A stretch of DNA of 64,000 nt, taken from positions 160,001 through 224,000 of the forward strand of contig CAWDXE010000003.1 of assembly GCA_963806185.1 (NCBI GenBank), written 5' to 3'. Within the stretch, counting starts at the first letter, position 1; each line of letters starts with the position of its first letter. The notes under the pieces were generated by a model. It worked only from the letters and a program-made list of their open reading frames with translations, was not told the DNA's origin and did not search any database. The translations under genes were made by a program, and so were the position numbers. Positions 59,288 through 64,000 of this stretch are shown piece after piece. Source of the stretch: an uncultured candidate division Zixibacteria bacterium. GTDB lineage: Bacteria; Zixibacteria; MSB-5A5; GN15; FEB-12.

Positions 59288-60868
59288 TCAGGATGCCGCG
59301 GGTCGACGGCGACGTACCATACTCGCCAGCCGCGACAATTCCCGAACACGTAAGATATAGCAGACCAAAAGATACACAATAACAGAAATAGCTGAGAGCA
59401 GAAGTAAATTGAGCAGCCTTCCCCATATGCCAGGATGCTGCCCGGTCAGATCGACTGGAAAATACTTGGCCGCGCACAACGCGATTGCGGATGCTGCCGT
59501 CACTTTGAGCAGCGAGATGCCGATTTTGCGCCAGGGCAACGGCACCCCCTTGGAGGGCATAAACCAGAGCAATAATCCGGCGTTGAGCAGGCCGGCAATT
59601 GAGGTAGCCGCCGCAAGTCCGGCGAAATCCATTAACTTTATGAGCGGGTAATAGATAGCTATGTTTACAACCACCGAAAGGATGCTGATTTTCATCGGCA
59701 GTTTGGAATCGCCCAAGGCGTAATAAACAGGGGCGATGATCCGTACGACAGCAAACCCAACGAGCCCATAAGAGTAGTGTAGCAGAGCCAGGGCGGTTTT
59801 GGCCGAATCGGCCGGGGTGAACCGCCCGTGTTGGTAAATCAGATCGATGAGGAGCGGTCCGATGATCGCCAGATAAAACGCGGACGGGACCACGAGAAAG
59901 AGGTTAAGATTCCAGGCCTCGAGGAATGTCGATTGCACGCCGTCGATGTCCTTGCGCGTCGCGAGTTCAGATATCTTTGGCAACGAAACGGTACCGAGCG
60001 CTACGGCGAATACGCCGAGGGGAAAATGCATCAGCCGGAATGAATAATTGAGATACGAAATAGCACCGTCAGCCAGGAATGACGCCAGCAGAGTGCTCAC
60101 GAGAATATTGACCCGCCCGGCGGAGAGGCCGATTACCATCGGCGTGAACAGCGCCAACACCCGTTTCACTCCCGGATCGAGAAAGTTCAATTGCCACTTA
60201 AACCTGTACCCCAATCTGAATAGCTGCGGCAATTGAACGACGAGCTGGCCAACACCCCCAATCATAACACCGATGGCCAGCGCGTATATCGGATTGTCCA
60301 TGAACCAATAGAGGGAAACGACCACGGCAACATTGCCCAAATTGAACACGGTCGGCGAGAATGCCGGGATACCGAATTTCTCGCACGAGTTCAGCATTCC
60401 CATGACCAGAGCCGACACCGAGACGATCAGCAGAAACGGGAACATGATCCGAGTCAGATCGACGGTCAGGTCGAATTTCGCCATATCGTCGGTGAAACCG
60501 TGGGCGGTCAGATAGATGATGGCCGGAGACGCGATGATTCCGAGGATGACGATGACCCCGACCACGAGGATCATGGCGGTGAGCACTTTGTTGGCTAGGG
60601 AGAAGGCCTCCTCGGGTGATTCGGTGACCAGCTTTTCCTTAAACACCGGGACGAAAGCGGACGAAAGAGCACCCTCGGCGAACATATCGCGCAACAAGTT
60701 AGGGACGCGGAAGGCGGTGACAAAGGCGTCGGTGGCCATGCCGGCACCAAAAAAATAGGCCATGACCTGCTCCCGCACAAGTCCGGCCACCCGGGAGAGC
60801 GCAGTAGCAAAGGAGACCAGTCCGGCCGACCTTGCAAATGAACTTTTCTTTTCTGGAGCCGTTGACAA
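59288..60868 (-). CDS. murJ: lipid II flippase MurJ
   Basis: SRVAGLVRE, DAFVTAFRVPNLLRDMFAEGALSSAFVP, YSFRLMHFPLG, LAAATSI. Confidence 0.95.
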   Translation of the reverse strand: MSTAPEKKSSFARSAGLVSFATALSRVAGLVREQVMAYFFGAGMATDAFVTAFRVPNLLRDMFAEGALSSAFVPVFKEKLVTESPEEAFSLANKVLTAMILVVGVIVILGIIASPAIIYLTAHGFTDDMAKFDLTVDLTRIMFPFLLIVSVSALVMGMLNSCEKFGIPAFSPTVFNLGNVAVVVSLYWFMDNPIYALAIGVMIGGVGQLVVQLPQLFRLGYRFKWQLNFLDPGVKRVLALFTPMVIGLSAGRVNILVSTLLASFLADGAISYLNYSFRLMHFPLGVFAVALGTVSLPKISELATRKDIDGVQSTFLEAWNLNLFLVVPSAFYLAIIGPLLIDLIYQHGRFTPADSAKTALALLHYSYGLVGFAVVRIIAPVYYALGDSKLPMKISILSVVVNIAIYYPLIKLMDFAGLAAATSIAGLLNAGLLLWFMPSKGVPLPWRKIGISLLKVTAASAIALCAAKYFPVDLTGQHPGIWGRLLNLLLLSAISVIVYLLVCYILRVRELSRLASMVRRRRPAAS

Positions 60869-60889
60869 ACCGTTGCTGCCACGTATATT
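60862..60889 (+). promoter_or_regulatory. sigma70 promoter of rpsT
   Basis: TTGACA-N16-TATATT. Confidence 0.6.
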
Positions 60890-60932
60890 AGACGTTTATT
60901 GCAGAGTGATCAGAACAGAAAGGATTTAGCCC

Positions 60933-61187
60933 TTGCCCAATCACAAGTCGAACGAAAAGCGGATGCGGACTTCGGCGGTTGAACGCGAACGCAATCGCGC
61001 TTACCGCTCTCATCTTCGGGCGGCCATCAAGGCGGTGCGGACGGCAACCAGCAAAGCGGATGCATCCCAGGCGTATCTTGCGGCCGTCTCACTCCTCGAC
61101 AAAGCTGCGACCAATAAGTTGATCCATAAGCGCAACGCCGATCGCAATAAATCGCGGCTGGCCAAAGTGATCCAGAAGCTAGCCTAA
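60933..61187 (+). CDS. rpsT: 30S ribosomal protein S20
   Basis: MPNHKSNEKRMR...RNRAYRS...LDKAA...IHKRNADRNKSRL. TTG start. Confidence 0.95.
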   Translation: MPNHKSNEKRMRTSAVERERNRAYRSHLRAAIKAVRTATSKADASQAYLAAVSLLDKAATNKLIHKRNADRNKSRLAKVIQKLA

Positions 61188-61207
61188 TCCATCAGAACAT
61201 ACATTTT

Positions 61208-61238
61208 GACGGCCTCGCTTTAGAGCGGGGTCGTTTTC
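61208..61238 (+). terminator. intrinsic terminator after rpsT
   Basis: GACGGCCTCGCT-TTAG-AGCGGGGTCGTT followed by TTC. Confidence 0.7.
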
Positions 61239-61357
61239 TGTTGGTGGCACGCAGTGAGTCGAGGGCCCAAAACCACCTTCTCGTTCAACAGTCCAACTCA
61301 CGCCGGACCGTCTTCGGTGAATCTAGGTCTACCTGGGGGGGGCGTACAACTAAAAGT

Positions 61358-62152
61358 TTACTTGTTGAGAATATAGACGTGTCCAGACACAAGCGTGGTG
61401 CGATGAGATTGCAGCCGCAGCGAGATCAGTTCTTTCAGAAACACGGCTTTGTCCTCAATCGGACTGTCTTCGGCCAATATGGACATCGGAATATCGATGC
61501 TGTATGCGCGCAGCGCGGACTGGATGGAAATCAATCCCGAAGGGTAGAGGTGCACTGACGACGCGGCAGCCTTGAGATCACCGAGAGTCACATCGGGCAT
61601 CGTCAGCAGCGTGCCGCCGGCGCCGAACCGCACTACTGAGTCACCCTCGTGAAGGGAGTTAACCAGTGGAAAGTAGTGTCCGCCTTTGCCAATGGCAGTG
61701 AACAGATGATCGAGCGCCGCGGAACAGCCGGTGCGCGACGAGTGTCTGAGATATACCGTGGTCGCGGACTGAGTCGGGAAGGTGATATGCACGGGCAAAA
61801 AACTACCTCCATCGCGCGGAAGATCGAGACAAATCTGATCGGCGTGACGGGCGGCAAGATGATGCAAATCCTCCATAGTAAACTGGGTCAATGCGAGCGT
61901 AGGACAGGTCACTCGCAGTTCGTCCGGCGAACATATGAGCGTCGGGATATGGTGGATTCCGGCCTGAATTAATCGTTCGAATAGACTGCTCTCCTCAAGC
62001 AAGAGGAAGCTACTCTCCTCCATAGGAGTAACGAGAAATGGATGATGGAGGACGGCGCCCAGAGGATCGGCCCCCGTCATCGGGTCAGTTCGCTCGAAGG
62101 GATAGATGGCGCCAGTGTCAATAATCTTAATGGAACTGAATAATCTGACCAT
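61358..62152 (-). CDS. hypothetical protein, possible degenerate ParB/Srx-like N-terminal domain
   Basis: 264-aa ORF. IYPFE...LHHPFLVTP...FLLLE...AGIHHIPT spacing resembles ParB/Srx without the DGxxR motif. Confidence 0.6.
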   Translation of the reverse strand: MVRLFSSIKIIDTGAIYPFERTDPMTGADPLGAVLHHPFLVTPMEESSFLLLEESSLFERLIQAGIHHIPTLICSPDELRVTCPTLALTQFTMEDLHHLAARHADQICLDLPRDGGSFLPVHITFPTQSATTVYLRHSSRTGCSAALDHLFTAIGKGGHYFPLVNSLHEGDSVVRFGAGGTLLTMPDVTLGDLKAAASSVHLYPSGLISIQSALRAYSIDIPMSILAEDSPIEDKAVFLKELISLRLQSHRTTLVSGHVYILNK

Positions 62153-62339
62153 GCCAGTGATCAGAGCAAGCGGTGTGCCTTGGGGCAGAATTGCCGGTCT
62201 TGGGCCGGAAAAATCAATCGCTTGCGTTTAAGGCATTGAATCGTAATCGGATAGACGAATTGAACAAGTACGCCGATCCGGTGTCCCGAATCGGCGCTTC
62301 AAGACTGTCTGCAATCAAATACCTAACAACGCAAATGAT

Positions 62340-64000
62340 TTATGGGACACAACCCGGCTGAGGTGCCTGCCCCTCGAGAAATAGATACAAAATGTAGTAG
62401 GTCAGGTCGCCAACATCTACCCAACAGCTCCCATCGACATCAGCCCTGGACGGATTTGAAAGCGGCTGGAAAGAAATGAAAAGATTGTCGATGAGAATGG
62501 TGAGATCACCAATATCCACGGTGCCACCCCCGTCTATATCACCATCGACAACGATCGTGCCGGTCTCGCCGAAGTAGACCAGAGCTCTCTGAACGAGGGC
62601 ATGTGCAGACGTCGGGGTGAGGTACCAAAGCGGGAAACTAAGAATTATCCGTTTGCCTTCGGGACCGCTGTAGGCCAAGCCGCACGGCTGACCCTCGAAG
62701 CCAGGCTCATCATTCGTTGAATTATAGGTGTAAATAACCGTCGCTCCGGCGACCGGAGTCAGCACTGGGATGTTGGCCATTTCGGTCGGCCCCCTGGTGA
62801 TATCCAGATCTACGGTTGGCCAGCCGTTCTGCCCAAAGGCACCGATCCAGTCGGGCCAGGCAAAAGTTGACCACGCACTGACCTTGAACGACTCGCGCAG
62901 GGGATGTCCGGCGGGAATAGTCTGATTCTCGTTCCATCCCCAGATAGTTCGAAAACCTGCGACAAGGGCATTGTTGTAATTAGCCAGGTACCAGGCCCAT
63001 TGAGGTTGATTGTTGCTCAGTAGCTTGGTCGAGTTGTCGTCGTCGACCCAGAAAACACTCGAGTAACGGGCGGCCAGATTCCGATTGAAGTGCTGTGTAG
63101 TTGAATCGAGCATCTGGATCGCATACGGTGTTTGATCGAAGAGGGTGTCGAACCAGGCTTCCTGCTTGGCCTGAGTCGGAAGGGTATAGTTTTCCTGGGT
63201 GAATTCATCGACCAGCATCACGCCGCCGTCGAACGTGGCACGATAGCACGATACAGCGCCGGAGAACACCGACTCGTAGCCGTCAAAGTCAACGGCCGTG
63301 ATAACATACTCATAGCCGATTTGCGCAAGGACGGTGGCATCGGCAAACGTAGGACTGGATAGCCCCGTTTCAAGCAGCACAAAGTCTCCCAATCCCTGGA
63401 CTCGACGATAAACGTTATATGAAACGACGTCGGCTTCCTGGTTCAAGTTCCAGTTCAGGGTAATGTCATTGGGATTCGGAGTGGCGACAAGCTGGGTGGG
63501 CGCCCGAGGCACAAGTAATGGAGTCTGCGATGCACCGACGGCGTAAATCGAGGGGTATCCGTCTGGCGGTTTCTCAACCACCTTGACGTAGTAGGTAACG
63601 CCAGTCGTCAATCCGCTGATCATATAGGTGCAGTGACCGGTGGGAACAGCCGCCGAATCGGTGTAATGGCTGGGCGAGGTGCCCCAATGCACAACGTAGT
63701 TGGATCCTGAGTTGCAGTCAGCCCACTGTACAAAGAGACTCTGCCCGTCACCAACATCAGTCAGATAGCTGATCGAGGTCGGCACGCCGGCATTGGCAAT
63801 GCGCGCAACGGAGGCCACGGCCATTCTCGCGACTTCGGTGTAGAACGGGAAATTCAGCCGGGATGACAGATCAAGATTAGTATGCCAGCCATCAGTATTA
63901 AATTCGGTTTCAATGTTATCGACCACCGGGTACCCTTGAACATGAAATGAATAATGATCAGAGCTGCTGCCGAGTGAAGATCCAATAACCGGTGAGTATT
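62340..64000 (-). CDS. M28 family peptidase with FN3 repeats and C-terminal dockerin-like domain (5' truncated by the window)
   Basis: The frame stays open to the window end, giving SSDHYSF...GWHTNLD (M28 C-terminal motifs). Two FN3 domains. Paired GDIDGGGTVDIGDL / ADVDGSCWVDVGDL Ca-binding repeats. Confidence 0.8.
   Translation of the reverse strand, partial: YSPVIGSSLGSSSDHYSFHVQGYPVVDNIETEFNTDGWHTNLDLSSRLNFPFYTEVARMAVASVARIANAGVPTSISYLTDVGDGQSLFVQWADCNSGSNYVVHWGTSPSHYTDSAAVPTGHCTYMISGLTTGVTYYVKVVEKPPDGYPSIYAVGASQTPLLVPRAPTQLVATPNPNDITLNWNLNQEADVVSYNVYRRVQGLGDFVLLETGLSSPTFADATVLAQIGYEYVITAVDFDGYESVFSGAVSCYRATFDGGVMLVDEFTQENYTLPTQAKQEAWFDTLFDQTPYAIQMLDSTTQHFNRNLAARYSSVFWVDDDNSTKLLSNNQPQWAWYLANYNNALVAGFRTIWGWNENQTIPAGHPLRESFKVSAWSTFAWPDWIGAFGQNGWPTVDLDITRGPTEMANIPVLTPVAGATVIYTYNSTNDEPGFEGQPCGLAYSGPEGKRIILSFPLWYLTPTSAHALVQRALVYFGETGTIVVDGDIDGGGTVDIGDLTILIDNLFISFQPLSNPSRADVDGSCWVDVGDLTYYILYLFLEGQAPQPGCVP

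Noticed and set aside
61240..61300. Minus-strand ...CTCGACTCACTGCGTGCCACCA resembling a tRNA 3' end or att site
   Set aside because: No T-stem complementarity and no cloverleaf.

Overview
A ~58% GC (visual estimate) bacterial chromosomal window, most likely from candidate phylum Zixibacteria or a related FCB-group lineage. That call is inferred from a C-terminal dockerin-like domain on an M28 peptidase, a PorV/PorQ-family barrel, and many lipoproteins. It holds housekeeping genes (gcvT, comB, fbaA, acnA, ispE-tRNA-Gln-prs-rplY, rlmD, dxr-rseP-lepB, ccmAB, hbd-ackA, ltaE, csp, murJ, rpsT), a cobalamin-riboswitch-controlled TonB-dependent receptor, a lipoprotein serpin, and an envelope locus with sigma54 promoters (PorV-like barrel, priming sugar transferase) near an NtrC-type activator. 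A co-oriented run comEC-DUF4388-TPR/roadblock-membrane roadblock-roadblock-mglA-mglB-pilB-pilT-pilC-pilS looks like a Myxococcus-type Mgl polarity module fused to a type IV pilus/competence locus. Its MglA ends in a MinD-like membrane-targeting helix, and the locus carries sigma28-like promoters. Two unannotated intergenic RNA candidates stand out. One is a ~150-nt plus-strand unit (34658-34810) with a 16-nt complement of the 16S rRNA 3' end, an 11-codon micro-ORF, an internal anti-SD, a textbook H-type pseudoknot and its own terminator. The other is a ~215-nt promoter-preceded rod-shaped RNA (23227-23441, minus), 6S-like. Many single-base indels split fbaA, acnA, dxr, ackA, pilS/C/T/B and mglB; these are probably long-read consensus errors. 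No CRISPR array, rRNA, transposase or prophage gene was seen.
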